Below, piece by piece: positions 9,268 to 19,258 of a DNA stretch of 64,000 bases. The notes below the pieces were generated by a model. It ran no database searches, had not been told where the DNA came from, and saw only the letters and a list, made by a program, of their open reading frames with translations. Positions within the stretch are counted from its first letter, which is position 1. Each line of letters starts with the position of its first letter. Both the position numbers and the translations under genes were made by a program. Origin of the DNA: a virus; IMG/VR virus record IMGVR_UViG_3300024231_000003, positions 1 to 64,000 of that record; one strand, given 5' to 3'.

Positions 9268-9848
9268 TAGTTAACACAGATATTGATATTGACATTGCAA
9301 ATAGAGAAGCATTATTATCTCTTATACCAAATATTCCTGCAATGATTTTAAATGAAGGACGCCAACGTAAACATAACACTGGTGTATATTTTCATGAAAT
9401 CCCTGCAAATCCGTTCAACGGATTATCTACTATTGACCATAAGGAAGCTGAAAAGCTAGGATACTTTAAGATAGATGTTCTTAATGTTAATCTATATAAG
9501 AATATTAAAAGTAGATCTCAAATGGAAGAGTTATTGGCAAAAGAACCACTATGGGAATTATTAGAACATAAAGAAGTAGTCGAACAATGTTTCCATATTC
9601 ATAATCATTACAGCATTGTATCTAAATTAAAACCAAATAGCATACAACAGCTAGCAGCAGTACTTGCGATAATCCGCCCAGCAAAACGACATTTAATAAA
9701 TTCTGATTGGGAAAGTATTTTAAAAGATGTATGGGTAAAACCAACTGATGGTTCTTATTATTTTAAAAAAGCACACGCTATCTCATATGCGACCGCTATT
9801 GTGTTACAAATGAATATGTTAGCTACTGGGATTTCTTTACAAGGTTAA
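9264..9848 (+). CDS. Miniature DnaE (Pol III alpha, family C)-like nucleotidyltransferase
   Basis: DIDID, KHNTGVY, GYFKIDVL, LAIIRP, YYFKKAHAISYA follow the order of DnaE motifs DxDxD, HAAGV, KFD, ALYRP, FNKSHAAAY in about 194 aa. Confidence 0.8.
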   Translation: MIVNTDIDIDIANREALLSLIPNIPAMILNEGRQRKHNTGVYFHEIPANPFNGLSTIDHKEAEKLGYFKIDVLNVNLYKNIKSRSQMEELLAKEPLWELLEHKEVVEQCFHIHNHYSIVSKLKPNSIQQLAAVLAIIRPAKRHLINSDWESILKDVWVKPTDGSYYFKKAHAISYATAIVLQMNMLATGISLQG

Positions 9849-10194
9849 TACTTCTTCGCTTAATACGCTTTGTAATACTATTGCTTAGTCTTACTTCAGG
9901 TCCAGCAATTATTTCCATTTGTTTTACGTTAAAACTTTGAACACAATATTGGAATGGCCATCTATTTAAAAGTGCTATATTAATAGGTAATTTTCTATTT
10001 GTTTCCCACCACCATTCATCACCCAGACTTAAGAATAATGTCTTGTGTTCGGTATGTTTTAGCTTGTCATATACATACATGCTTGCAATATGAGTATCTA
10101 TGTTCTGTACAATACCCAAATACTCTTTATTAGAATATTCTAGTACTGTGAGAAATGGATATTCCTCTAATAAATTTTCGTAATTTGTCATCAT
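9823..10194 (-). CDS. Hypothetical phage protein
   Basis: ORF preceded by TAAATA on the minus strand; WWWETNRKLPIN motif. Confidence 0.7.
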   Translation of the reverse strand: MMTNYENLLEEYPFLTVLEYSNKEYLGIVQNIDTHIASMYVYDKLKHTEHKTLFLSLGDEWWWETNRKLPINIALLNRWPFQYCVQSFNVKQMEIIAGPEVRLSNSITKRIKRRSINLVKKSQ

Positions 10195-10200
10195 CAAAAG

Positions 10201-10240
10201 TATTTAGTCTTTTGATATTTGAGTGTTTCTTGCATAAATA
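10201..10240. promoter_or_regulatory. Divergent pair of late-type promoters
   Basis: TAAATA on minus strand (10201-10206) and plus strand (10235-10240) between divergent genes. Confidence 0.55.
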
Positions 10241-10258
10241 CTTACAGGAGAACTACAC

Positions 10259-11080
10259 ATGTCAAACTTTGGAACAACATATGGTATAAGCCAAACTGGA
10301 GATCTATTTACTTTAGAATCATCAGGAACAACAACAGGACTAGCTAAGTATAGATCAACTCGTGGTACTACAGTTAATAGTCCAATGAACTATAGAAACT
10401 TAAAATTGTTCCGTGGATTTGATAATGAATACTTCTTTTTTATTAAAAACCAAGACCGTAAGCCTATTATGCTACAAGGTATTACAATTAATGTTATATT
10501 AGTTGATCGTCATTCAAGCACTACAGTAATAAGTAGAAAAGCAACAGTAGTTGATTATGATACATCTCAAATTAAAGTAACTTTGTTTGATAGCGAAACA
10601 GCATCATTAAATCAAGGACTTTATGACATGGTGTTTAGTTATACTAATAATATGGGTCTAACTATGCCACTTTTTTGTGATTTAAACCTTCGTCCAAACT
10701 ATACGGTTGAAGTGTCAGAGCAGGCCGCATCATCAGTATTACATTCAGCAGAAACATCAACATTTACAGAAGTTTCAGGACTGTTTACTAGTTCTTGGAT
10801 ACCAGCAAGTGGGTATTTTAATAAATTTAATCATATGGCAACTATTGGAGTTTATGCTACCAACTTTACAGGCAATTTCCATATTCAAGGTACGTTAGCT
10901 GATGATCCTACTGATAAGGACTGGTTTAATATTATCCTAGGTACATATACTGAAGAGTTTTTTCCATATAATAATTTCTCTGGTATTGATCCATGGACAT
11001 TCCGCACAAACGTAAAATTACTTAGAGCAGAATTCACACAAACACAAGGAACACTTGACAAAGTAGTCATAAGAGTGTAG
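10259..11080 (+). CDS. Putative virion structural protein (BppU/Ig-like N-terminal domain)
   Basis: Thr/Ser-rich beta protein, FFIKNQDRKPI...GLYDMVFSY pattern; late promoter and AGGAG RBS. Confidence 0.55.
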   Translation: MSNFGTTYGISQTGDLFTLESSGTTTGLAKYRSTRGTTVNSPMNYRNLKLFRGFDNEYFFFIKNQDRKPIMLQGITINVILVDRHSSTTVISRKATVVDYDTSQIKVTLFDSETASLNQGLYDMVFSYTNNMGLTMPLFCDLNLRPNYTVEVSEQAASSVLHSAETSTFTEVSGLFTSSWIPASGYFNKFNHMATIGVYATNFTGNFHIQGTLADDPTDKDWFNIILGTYTEEFFPYNNFSGIDPWTFRTNVKLLRAEFTQTQGTLDKVVIRV

Positions 11081-11083
11081 TAT
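11055..11083 (+). promoter_or_regulatory. Sigma70-type promoter; predicted start site coincides with primase ATG
   Basis: TTGACA-17 bp-TAGTAT; ATG at 11090. Confidence 0.7.
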
Positions 11084-11089
11084 ATACAC

Positions 11090-12106
11090 ATGACTATTGT
11101 TATGGAATACGTGAAAACTCTGATCCCAGTTAACTGGCGATCGTCTCCAGGTGGATGGACTAGTGGCAATTGCCCTATGTGCATACACAATGGCGAATCA
11201 CGTCCAGACACAAAGAGTCGTGGCGGATTTATGTTTGCTGAAGACAAATTCCAATATAACTGTTTTAACTGCGAGTACAAAACTGGATGGGCCGCTGGTG
11301 GTAGAATTTCAGGTAGACTAGAAAAGCTACTTAAACAATTGGGCGCAACTGATAATGATATTCAGCGATTAAAGTTGGAAATACTACGTGAAGCAGATGT
11401 AGCTGATTTACTAATACGTAAAGAACGTAAAGAGACTATGGTTATTGATTGGCCTGAAATGGAATTACCAGAAAACTGTGATACATTTATGAACTACTCG
11501 GAACCAGACAAGGATTGGATTGCAGCAGCAACATATCTAACAGATCGTAGTTTTGATATAAAAGACAAGAGATTTATGTTTAGTACATCTGGAGATCATA
11601 CAAAAGGTCGCATGAATAAAAGATTTGTGTTACCATTCTATTATAAAGGTAAAGTGGTTGGGTATACTGGCCGTTGGGTTGGCAATCCTCCTGACAAGGT
11701 ACCAAAATATTATAATAAACAGCCTCCTAAGAATTTTGTATATGGCTTAGATAGACAAACACAAGATAAGCAAATTGTTATTGTAACTGAAGGTATATTA
11801 GATGCAATTGTAACTGACGGGGTAGCAATAGGTAGTAATAATATTAATGAAGACCAAGCAAATGTTATTGATAAATTAAACAAACGTGTTATACTATTAC
11901 CAGATGCTGATAAAGCAGGAATGAGTACAATTAAACGTGCATTGCAACAAGGATGGGAAGTATCATTTCCTGAATGGATGGATTGTAAAGATGCAAGCGA
12001 TGCTATGCAAAAATATGGTAGATTATATACAGTGCGCAGTATAATAGAAAACGCAGTAAAGAACCCAACAAAAATACAAGTAATGGCAAAAAGTTACTGT
12101 CAATGA
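11090..12106 (+). CDS. DNA primase (gp61/DnaG-like)
   Basis: Zn finger CPMC...CFNC; TOPRIM VTEGILDA, PDADKAG, KDASD. Confidence 0.92.
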   Translation: MTIVMEYVKTLIPVNWRSSPGGWTSGNCPMCIHNGESRPDTKSRGGFMFAEDKFQYNCFNCEYKTGWAAGGRISGRLEKLLKQLGATDNDIQRLKLEILREADVADLLIRKERKETMVIDWPEMELPENCDTFMNYSEPDKDWIAAATYLTDRSFDIKDKRFMFSTSGDHTKGRMNKRFVLPFYYKGKVVGYTGRWVGNPPDKVPKYYNKQPPKNFVYGLDRQTQDKQIVIVTEGILDAIVTDGVAIGSNNINEDQANVIDKLNKRVILLPDADKAGMSTIKRALQQGWEVSFPEWMDCKDASDAMQKYGRLYTVRSIIENAVKNPTKIQVMAKSYCQ

Positions 12107-12119
12107 GGAAAGAAACAAT

Positions 12120-13514
12120 ATGAGTGAACAACGAGAATACACACTGGAATTACAAAAATTATTTGTAGAATTTTTAGCACAGGATCAAGATCTATTTGTG
12201 AGAATTAATAATATCCTGTCTCCAGATTATTTTGATAGATCACTTAGAAAAACTGTTGAGTTTGTACAGACACATGCTGGAGAATATGGAGCATTACCAA
12301 CATTAGATCAAATTAAAGCTACTACTGGTGCAGAGCTACAGCATCTTAAAGATGTAGATGAACGACATCAGAAATGGTTTGTAGATGAATTTGAACAATT
12401 CTCAAAACATAAAGCACTTGAGGGTGCAATTCTTGGTTCTACTGACTTGTTAGAAAAAGGCGATTTTGGTGCAGTTGAAAAATTAATTAAAGATGCAGTA
12501 GGTATTGGCCTAGCAAAACACATGGGCACAGACTATTGGGAGAGTCCTGCAGAACGTATTGAGCGTGTAAGAAATGCACGTGGCGGCACAAGTACTGGAT
12601 GGAAGGGTATTGATGAAAAACTATATGGTGGATTTAACAGAGGCGAATTAAATATATTTGCAGCCGCATCAGGTGGTGGTAAAAGTTTATTCTTACAAAA
12701 CTTGGCATTAAACTGGTCGTTAGAAGGACACAATGTTATATACATATCATTAGAGCTTAGTGAAGAACTATGTAGTATGAGACTTGATAGTATGCTTACT
12801 GGTATGAATACAAAAGAAGTATTTAAAAATGTGTCTGATGTTGATTTAAAAGTACGCATGGCAGGTAAGAAAGCAGGAGTATTACAGATTGTACAATTAC
12901 CAAATGGCATTACTATTAATGATTTAACTAGCTATATTAAAGAGTTTGAAGTTAAAAATGATATTAAAATTGATGCAATGTGTGTTGATTATCTAGACTT
13001 GATGATGCCCGCACAACGCAAAGTACCTCCAAGTGACTTGTTTATTAAAGATAAGTTTGTATCAGAAGAATTACGTAACTTTTCAGTAGAGAATGATTTA
13101 TTATTTGCTACAGCATCGCAGTTGAACAGAAGCGCAGTAGAAGAAGTAGAGTTTGATCATAGTCATATCTCAGGTGGTTTAAGTAAGATTCAGACAGCAG
13201 ATAACGTAATTGGTATCTTTACAAGCCAAGCAATGCGTGAACGAGGCAGATATCAAGTACAATTTATGAAAACACGTAGTAGTAGTGGTGTTGGATCTAA
13301 AGTAGATTTAAAATTTGACATTGGAGGTTTACGTATTACTGATTTAGAAGAAGATGATGATGATACTCCAATGAATCAAACTAGCGCAATGTTCGATAAA
13401 TTAAAACAAAAAACAACAGTTTCACATCAAGAAAAATCAGTTGCAGAAAATAGTGTTGTTGAAAATACAATGGCAGGACATGATAAGTTGAGAAGCATGC
13501 TTAAAAAAATGTAA
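12120..13514 (+). CDS. Replicative DnaB-like helicase (gp41-like)
   Basis: SGGGKS Walker A, ISLELSE, VDYLDLM, TASQLNR, KTRSS. Confidence 0.93.
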   Translation: MSEQREYTLELQKLFVEFLAQDQDLFVRINNILSPDYFDRSLRKTVEFVQTHAGEYGALPTLDQIKATTGAELQHLKDVDERHQKWFVDEFEQFSKHKALEGAILGSTDLLEKGDFGAVEKLIKDAVGIGLAKHMGTDYWESPAERIERVRNARGGTSTGWKGIDEKLYGGFNRGELNIFAAASGGGKSLFLQNLALNWSLEGHNVIYISLELSEELCSMRLDSMLTGMNTKEVFKNVSDVDLKVRMAGKKAGVLQIVQLPNGITINDLTSYIKEFEVKNDIKIDAMCVDYLDLMMPAQRKVPPSDLFIKDKFVSEELRNFSVENDLLFATASQLNRSAVEEVEFDHSHISGGLSKIQTADNVIGIFTSQAMRERGRYQVQFMKTRSSSGVGSKVDLKFDIGGLRITDLEEDDDDTPMNQTSAMFDKLKQKTTVSHQEKSVAENSVVENTMAGHDKLRSMLKKM

Positions 13515-13534
13515 CATAACCGTTAATAATATGC

Positions 13535-13540
13535 TAAATA
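13535..13540 (+). promoter_or_regulatory. Late-type promoter core
   Basis: CTAAATA ahead of the virion-protein block. Confidence 0.5.
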
Positions 13541-13570
13541 CACTATATAACATACAACAGGAGGCCTAAC

Positions 13571-13819
13571 ATGTCCAAACGCACTAGATCTTTGCTAGAA
13601 GAAATTAATGATTTAGCACCAAAGCGTGATAAAGTTAACATACTTGAATCACGAGGAAATAATGCACTTCATGCAATTATTAATGTATTGGATATGATCG
13701 AGGAAAATCACGATACTGCAACAGCACAAGATTTACAAAAACGAATAATGCTATGTATCAAAAATAGAGATATTGATAGATTTACTAGGGGTATTAAGCA
13801 ACTAAGGAATTCGTCATGA
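13571..13819 (+). CDS. Hypothetical protein
   Basis: AGGAGG RBS; 82 aa helical ORF. Confidence 0.75.
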   Translation: MSKRTRSLLEEINDLAPKRDKVNILESRGNNALHAIINVLDMIEENHDTATAQDLQKRIMLCIKNRDIDRFTRGIKQLRNSS

Positions 13820-15183
13820 AGATTAAAGATATTATTGGTGGAACAAAAAAGCGTTTAGATCGAGATAACAGAAAACATCGTAAGGTACAAAAAGATTCAC
13901 TATATACTGTGGATCCAAGTGATTTAGGTGAGGCATTTGGTAGAGCATCCTTTGCACAACAATTGAAGAAGCATGGTATTGATTCAGACAAGATGCATTC
14001 AGATAATGTTAAAGATGCCAAAGCAGCTAAAAAACGCTCTAAGGACGCAGAAAAAGATTTAGCAGACTACAGAAACAAAACTGGTGTTAATTCAGACCTC
14101 AAAGAAGCAAAAGGTCGTGATATTAACCATGTAGAAGATTTAGTAATTTTTTATGGCAAGCAAGGCGGACAACGTGCTGTTAATGCATTGCGTAGTTTAG
14201 AATCCAATCCACAAGATACAACTATTAAATGGGACGGATCTCCCGCAGTTATATTTGGACGTAATGAAGCAGGAGAGTTTGTACTTACTGATAAGAGTGG
14301 ATTTACTGCTAAAGGATATAACGGTAGAGTAACAAGTGCTGATGATTTTGAAGCAATGTTCTTATCACGTGGAAAAGAAGCCCCAAACCAAGATCGTAAA
14401 GACTTTGCAGCAAGAATGAAATCAATTTGGCCAGCATTTGAATCAGCAACACCTGCAGATTTCCGTGGATATATTGCAGGCGATCTTATGTATACTAATA
14501 CACCACAAATTAAGGATGGCAGATTGACATTCCAACCAAATACTACAACTTATGCAGTTGATACAAACAGCGATATTGGTGGTAAAATTAGCCAGAGTAA
14601 AGTTGGTGTAGTAGTACATGTACAAATAGACAGTGATGGCAACAAAAGTAAACCAGATACAACTAATTTCCAAGCAGGAGATTTACTAATACTTCCTCCA
14701 GTTACTATTAGTTCAAGTCAAGATACAAAAGACTTTACAGGTCCACTGCAAAAGCTAGAACAAATGATAACCAGTGCAGGTAATAGTATTGATACATTAA
14801 TTAATCCTCCAGAGGAATTAAAAATGAAAGATTTCCAAAATATACTTTATACATATATTAATAGCACAGTTAAAACTGGAGCAATACCTGGTACTGACTT
14901 TGGAAAGTGGCTTGGTGGCGCAAAGATAAGCGAAGTTAAGAAAAAACGTGTAGCACAATGGGTATCAGACAATAGTAATGGATTTAATTCATTATGGGAA
15001 ATTGTTAACGGCCTTACTACAGTTAAAAATAAAATGATTACAATGCTAGATAATCAACCATCAGATATTGAAGCTTATACAGGTGGAAAGCGTGGCGGAG
15101 AAGGCTACGTAGTTGGTAAAGATGTAAAACTAGTTAATCGATCTGGATTTACAGCAGCAAATGCAGCAAGGAATAATAGTTAA
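13816..15183 (+). CDS. DUF6267-like protein with ligase/nucleotidyltransferase-like motifs
   Basis: HVEDL, IKWDGSPAVIFG (KxDG), GDLMY, GEGYVV, VKLVNR. Confidence 0.65.
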   Translation: MKIKDIIGGTKKRLDRDNRKHRKVQKDSLYTVDPSDLGEAFGRASFAQQLKKHGIDSDKMHSDNVKDAKAAKKRSKDAEKDLADYRNKTGVNSDLKEAKGRDINHVEDLVIFYGKQGGQRAVNALRSLESNPQDTTIKWDGSPAVIFGRNEAGEFVLTDKSGFTAKGYNGRVTSADDFEAMFLSRGKEAPNQDRKDFAARMKSIWPAFESATPADFRGYIAGDLMYTNTPQIKDGRLTFQPNTTTYAVDTNSDIGGKISQSKVGVVVHVQIDSDGNKSKPDTTNFQAGDLLILPPVTISSSQDTKDFTGPLQKLEQMITSAGNSIDTLINPPEELKMKDFQNILYTYINSTVKTGAIPGTDFGKWLGGAKISEVKKKRVAQWVSDNSNGFNSLWEIVNGLTTVKNKMITMLDNQPSDIEAYTGGKRGGEGYVVGKDVKLVNRSGFTAANAARNNS

Positions 15184-15383
15184 TGTTTAGTAAAGAATGC
15201 AAATTACATATGGAAAAAGCAGGAATGACACGATGGGGACATTTTAAGTTCGCTTTTGGATTTTTAATTGAATTAAAGAAAGCAGAACTTGCTATATTAA
15301 TACATATGTTTGTTCCAAGATGTTGTGAAACATATGCTAGTGATAAAATTAAAGAACTAGCAAATAAATTGGAGAAGCACTAA
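15183..15383 (+). CDS. Small hypothetical protein
   Basis: Coupled by TAATG overlaps on both sides. Confidence 0.65.
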   Translation: MFSKECKLHMEKAGMTRWGHFKFAFGFLIELKKAELAILIHMFVPRCCETYASDKIKELANKLEKH

Positions 15384-16144
15384 TGAGTGATGATAAAAAA
15401 TATACACTACAACAATATGCAGCAATGCAAGGCGGTCATGAGATGGAAGAAAATAAAACAAATTTATCTTTTATTGAATCATTAGGCGAAGCTAAAATGT
15501 ATAGGACCCGCAGTCAAATACAACAAGATGGCGCACGTGGCATTACCGATCATTTATTTGTTAGTTTACTTAGTTTATATACTATGAGTAATGATTATAA
15601 TTATGCACCAGTTGCTAAAGAATATGCATTACGCACCATATCTAAAGGTAATTTTGCAACACCAAGTCCAAGTGGAACAGATTTATACCAAACAATACAT
15701 ACCTTACAAAAGCCATCTGGATTACTATCAGGAAGTAAGGATGATATGTTGTTAAACAAAGTACGTATAGATGATAGAAGAATTAAACAATTTATGCAAG
15801 GAATTAAAACAGGAAATATTACAAAAGGACAAGCACAATCATTTTTCTTTAAATTAGAAAAAGATTTAGCAATACAAGATCCTAAGTTAAGAGCTGCTCG
15901 TAGGTTAGCACAAGACTGGACTTCGCTAACATCAGCACAACAGCAACTAGTTGGAACACAATTGACTAAATATTTTAGAACAAGCGGTAGACGTAGCGAT
16001 ATTGCTCCATTATTTAATAAATTTGCAATTAGTAATAAATTAAACGCAGGACCAAGCAAAATTGCCAAAATTGGAAAACGCATAGCACGTGGTGCTGGCG
16101 CATTTGCAGTTGGGTATGCCGCAGGTAAAGCAACAGGAAAATAA
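15383..16144 (+). CDS. Hypothetical, probable head-associated protein
   Basis: 253 aa; SLGEA putative processing site; late block. Confidence 0.7.
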   Translation: MSDDKKYTLQQYAAMQGGHEMEENKTNLSFIESLGEAKMYRTRSQIQQDGARGITDHLFVSLLSLYTMSNDYNYAPVAKEYALRTISKGNFATPSPSGTDLYQTIHTLQKPSGLLSGSKDDMLLNKVRIDDRRIKQFMQGIKTGNITKGQAQSFFFKLEKDLAIQDPKLRAARRLAQDWTSLTSAQQQLVGTQLTKYFRTSGRRSDIAPLFNKFAISNKLNAGPSKIAKIGKRIARGAGAFAVGYAAGKATGK

Positions 16145-16145
16145 A

Positions 16146-16577
16146 TTGCAAAATTTAAATGTGAAGTATAAAATTTTCACTTTAATAGATATTACTAACA
16201 CAAAAGTCATAACTCCTAAAGCTAATCCTGTTGGATTTCATCAGGAACAAAACTTTAATACATTTATACAAATATTAAGTTTACGTACTCAAGTTATATC
16301 TAATAATGTTAAAAAGATTAAAAAAGCAAAATATAATAGTTTTAATTTTGGTTCTGCGTTCGATGGATCTGGTCCATTGTGGGAATTAACTTTTATTGCA
16401 GAAGCTACTGCTCCATGGATTAAAGATGAAGATTTAACATATTGGTTATATCGTGATTTTGATAATATTCCAGTACATATCAAATTAAATGAAAAAGAAA
16501 ACATATATCCAGAGAGTATATCTACTGTAGATAGCTTATCTAAAAATACATGCTTTATAACTGAGCAAATTGGATAA
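16146..16577 (+). CDS. Hypothetical protein (start uncertain, TTG 16146 or GTG 16161)
   Basis: ORF fills the gap; YKIFTLIDIT...QEQNFNTFIQILSLR. Confidence 0.6.
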   Translation: MQNLNVKYKIFTLIDITNTKVITPKANPVGFHQEQNFNTFIQILSLRTQVISNNVKKIKKAKYNSFNFGSAFDGSGPLWELTFIAEATAPWIKDEDLTYWLYRDFDNIPVHIKLNEKENIYPESISTVDSLSKNTCFITEQIG

Positions 16578-16656
16578 ATATATACATGTACCATCAGGTG
16601 CAATAAAAATCAGCTCTCTAAAAGACGCTGCCAAAAAAAATGAATGGATATTTTAA

Positions 16657-16926
16657 ATGGCGATGCAACAGTCAAGACTTGAGCGTGAAAATCTAGAGGC
16701 ACATGTAGACTTATGTGCAGAAAGATATCGCGTGTTAGAAGAAAATTTAAAAAGACTAGAATCAAAAGTAGATGATCTAGTAGATTCAATGAATGATATG
16801 TCAGACAAGCATGCCGTTGATAAAAATCAAAACAATAAAATACTAATGGGTGCAGCAGCAACTATTATAATGGGATTACTTTCAACAGTAGTATTACTTC
16901 TACTAAATCTACAGGCAGGCGGATAA
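16657..16926 (+). CDS. Coiled-coil protein with C-terminal transmembrane helix (holin-like architecture)
   Basis: LEAHVDLCAERY coiled coil then a hydrophobic C-terminus; late promoter at 16575. Confidence 0.65.
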   Translation: MAMQQSRLERENLEAHVDLCAERYRVLEENLKRLESKVDDLVDSMNDMSDKHAVDKNQNNKILMGAAATIIMGLLSTVVLLLLNLQAGG

Positions 16927-17214
16927 ATGATACTTGGTGATGGATATAATGCAGTTGTAACTGAAGCAAAGGTTGTTTTTGCTCGTCGTGGCAAATCAAT
17001 AGCAACAAAATTTAGATGCACAGTTGGCCCAAGAGCCGGCAGAGTAGTATCAAATCCCAGTAGATGTGCCGCCCCTATTGATTTAAAAAAGCGTTTTATT
17101 TTAAAACGTACCAAAGCAGCCAAAGGTGCAAGAATGGCTAAAAAAGCACAAAGAACTAAGAGAATGAACCCTGCAAGTAAAATTGTGGCGAGACTTAATA
17201 AGGCAAGAAGATGA
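16927..17214 (+). CDS. Small highly basic protein (possible internal DNA-binding protein)
   Basis: K/R-rich 95 aa after a VTEA site. Confidence 0.7.
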   Translation: MILGDGYNAVVTEAKVVFARRGKSIATKFRCTVGPRAGRVVSNPSRCAAPIDLKKRFILKRTKAAKGARMAKKAQRTKRMNPASKIVARLNKARR

Positions 17215-17714
17215 AATTAGTAAATGGAAACCTAGTAATAACAACAGTACAATTTGTTAAAGATAATTTTAAAGTAGATGTAGATAAAAAAGAAGTAGCA
17301 GATGTTATACGCTCTCTATCATTTACTGAAACATTAAAACTTGCAGATGCTATTAAAACAGATGATGCCGTAAGTGTATCTTCTTACTTTGATATAGCAG
17401 AGATATCTGAAGCTGGATATGGTACAATAGGTACACAACAAGCTTCATCAAGTAGTATAAAATCACAAGCTACAAAAGATGTAAATGCGCAACGCAGAGC
17501 AAATAATGCACAACAAGATGCAAATAGAGATGCTAATGTTAATGACAGAAGTGTACCAGGAAACATTAATAAAACACAAACTGGACAACCTGGTATGAGA
17601 TATGACCAACGTGCAGATCCAGATGATGTTCAACGTGGACAAAATTCAGCTCAAGCAGCAACAAATGCTGCTGAAATTGCAAGATTAAAACAATTAGTAC
17701 AGGCTAGAAGATAA
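17211..17714 (+). CDS. Hypothetical protein with low-complexity Q/N/A C-terminus
   Basis: ATGA overlap with the upstream gene. Confidence 0.7.
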   Translation: MKLVNGNLVITTVQFVKDNFKVDVDKKEVADVIRSLSFTETLKLADAIKTDDAVSVSSYFDIAEISEAGYGTIGTQQASSSSIKSQATKDVNAQRRANNAQQDANRDANVNDRSVPGNINKTQTGQPGMRYDQRADPDDVQRGQNSAQAATNAAEIARLKQLVQARR

Positions 17715-17908
17715 TGAAAACATTAACTGGGCCAGGTGGAATTTCAACATTTGTTAGTTTGCATGAAAACCGTGCATACGAAAATTTAGTTGAAAGAGTA
17801 TGTAAAGACGATATTTCTGAAAGACAAGCATTACTATTACAAAGTCTAGTAAATAAAAATTTAGTAAAACGAGTAATTGAAAATAAAAAAGTATATTACC
17901 AAAGATAA
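17714..17908 (+). CDS. Small hypothetical protein
   Basis: TAATG coupling; 64 aa. Confidence 0.6.
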   Translation: MKTLTGPGGISTFVSLHENRAYENLVERVCKDDISERQALLLQSLVNKNLVKRVIENKKVYYQR

Positions 17909-17922
17909 CAAGGAACCATAAA

Positions 17923-18507
17923 ATGTCTGATCCAAACGATATGTTAAATATCTTGCAAAAATTAGAAGAAGCAAAGAACAATAAAACACCTAGTATTGAT
18001 GGAACAAAATCATATAGTGTTAGTAAAGATGCAGCTGGAATGCTGAATATTTTAGAAAAGTTAGAAGCCGCTACAACTAGTGCTGCTCAAACTATTGTTA
18101 CTGAATCTAAGGAAGATATAACACTAAGTGCAGGTGCAATACAAAATAATACTGTAACAGTTGGCAAATACAATGTAGTTATGGAAAAGAAAGTAGTTGT
18201 TGAAGGCATTAAAAAAACATTTTATTCTGTTACTGATAAAAAAGGTGACGTAATATATGGAGATATAGCGTTATTTGAGAGTGCAATGGGCATTGTTAAA
18301 GGACTTTTATTCAATAAAGATCACGCTATAAATAAAATCGTTACACTTGATAGTAGGTACGGCAGTCATTTATCTGAAGCCGCATTATATCAATATAAAG
18401 CAAAAACATTAAAAGAAGAATATAAAAAAGATGTAGCAGTAGCAAAGCAAAGTCATGCAATAAGCAAGATGACGCAAATTAAAAAACAGATTAAAAATTT
18501 GTTATAG
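17923..18507 (+). CDS. Hypothetical, probable head-associated protein
   Basis: AAGGA RBS; internal repeat MLNILQKLEEA / MLNILEKLEAA. Confidence 0.7.
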   Translation: MSDPNDMLNILQKLEEAKNNKTPSIDGTKSYSVSKDAAGMLNILEKLEAATTSAAQTIVTESKEDITLSAGAIQNNTVTVGKYNVVMEKKVVVEGIKKTFYSVTDKKGDVIYGDIALFESAMGIVKGLLFNKDHAINKIVTLDSRYGSHLSEAALYQYKAKTLKEEYKKDVAVAKQSHAISKMTQIKKQIKNLL

Positions 18508-18553
18508 CATAAATACATTAAGTACTAAGATATAAATTATAGGGGTTATAATA

Positions 18554-19258
18554 ATGAACTTAAATCAATTACAAGAAAACAGACTGTCAAAAGTTGATCG
18601 TGTCCTACGTGAAGTATTCGGCGCAAATATCAATTTTTCAGCAGAAACAGCAAAGCTTCAAGCAATGAGCGAAGCTACGCAAAACAAAATTAATCAACTA
18701 CGTGAAAGTGGTGTTGATGTTAGTAATAAACAATATCAAAAATTATTACTAGTTGCAGAAGGCTTTACAGAAGCATTATCAGACCGTGTTGATGAATCAG
18801 CAGATCTTGACACAGCTGAAGTATTACTAGCAGCAAAGCAAATGGCAGACGATTTACAAAAAATGGCTGAAAACTTAGCAAGTATGCAAGTTGAAGACTT
18901 AATGTCAATCACTAATGCTATGAAAGAAGAAGTTGGCACAGCAGAAGCAGAAGCATTTAATGCATCAGCAGAAGCAGCAATTGGCTCAGCACTAGAAGCA
19001 GTTAAAACAGCTAACGATCAAGTTAGTAATGCAGTATTAGTAGCACAAGGTGAACCAGCAACAGATATGGACATGCCAATGGGTGAACCAGAAGTTGATG
19101 ACTTAGATGTAGATCTAGATGTAGACATGGATGTAGACACTGATGATTTTGGTGGTGCAGATGCAGCTAATATGGATGTAGATGTAGACGGCAGAGAGAT
19201 GAAAGAATCAGTTACTAAAGAAGATCTTAAAGCAACATTTGCAAAGATTAAAAAGTAA
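18554..19258 (+). CDS. Acidic helical protein, prohead core/scaffold-like
   Basis: Late promoter at 18510; very acidic DVD repeats; several xxE(S/N/A) sites. Confidence 0.6.
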   Translation: MNLNQLQENRLSKVDRVLREVFGANINFSAETAKLQAMSEATQNKINQLRESGVDVSNKQYQKLLLVAEGFTEALSDRVDESADLDTAEVLLAAKQMADDLQKMAENLASMQVEDLMSITNAMKEEVGTAEAEAFNASAEAAIGSALEAVKTANDQVSNAVLVAQGEPATDMDMPMGEPEVDDLDVDLDVDMDVDTDDFGGADAANMDVDVDGREMKESVTKEDLKATFAKIKK

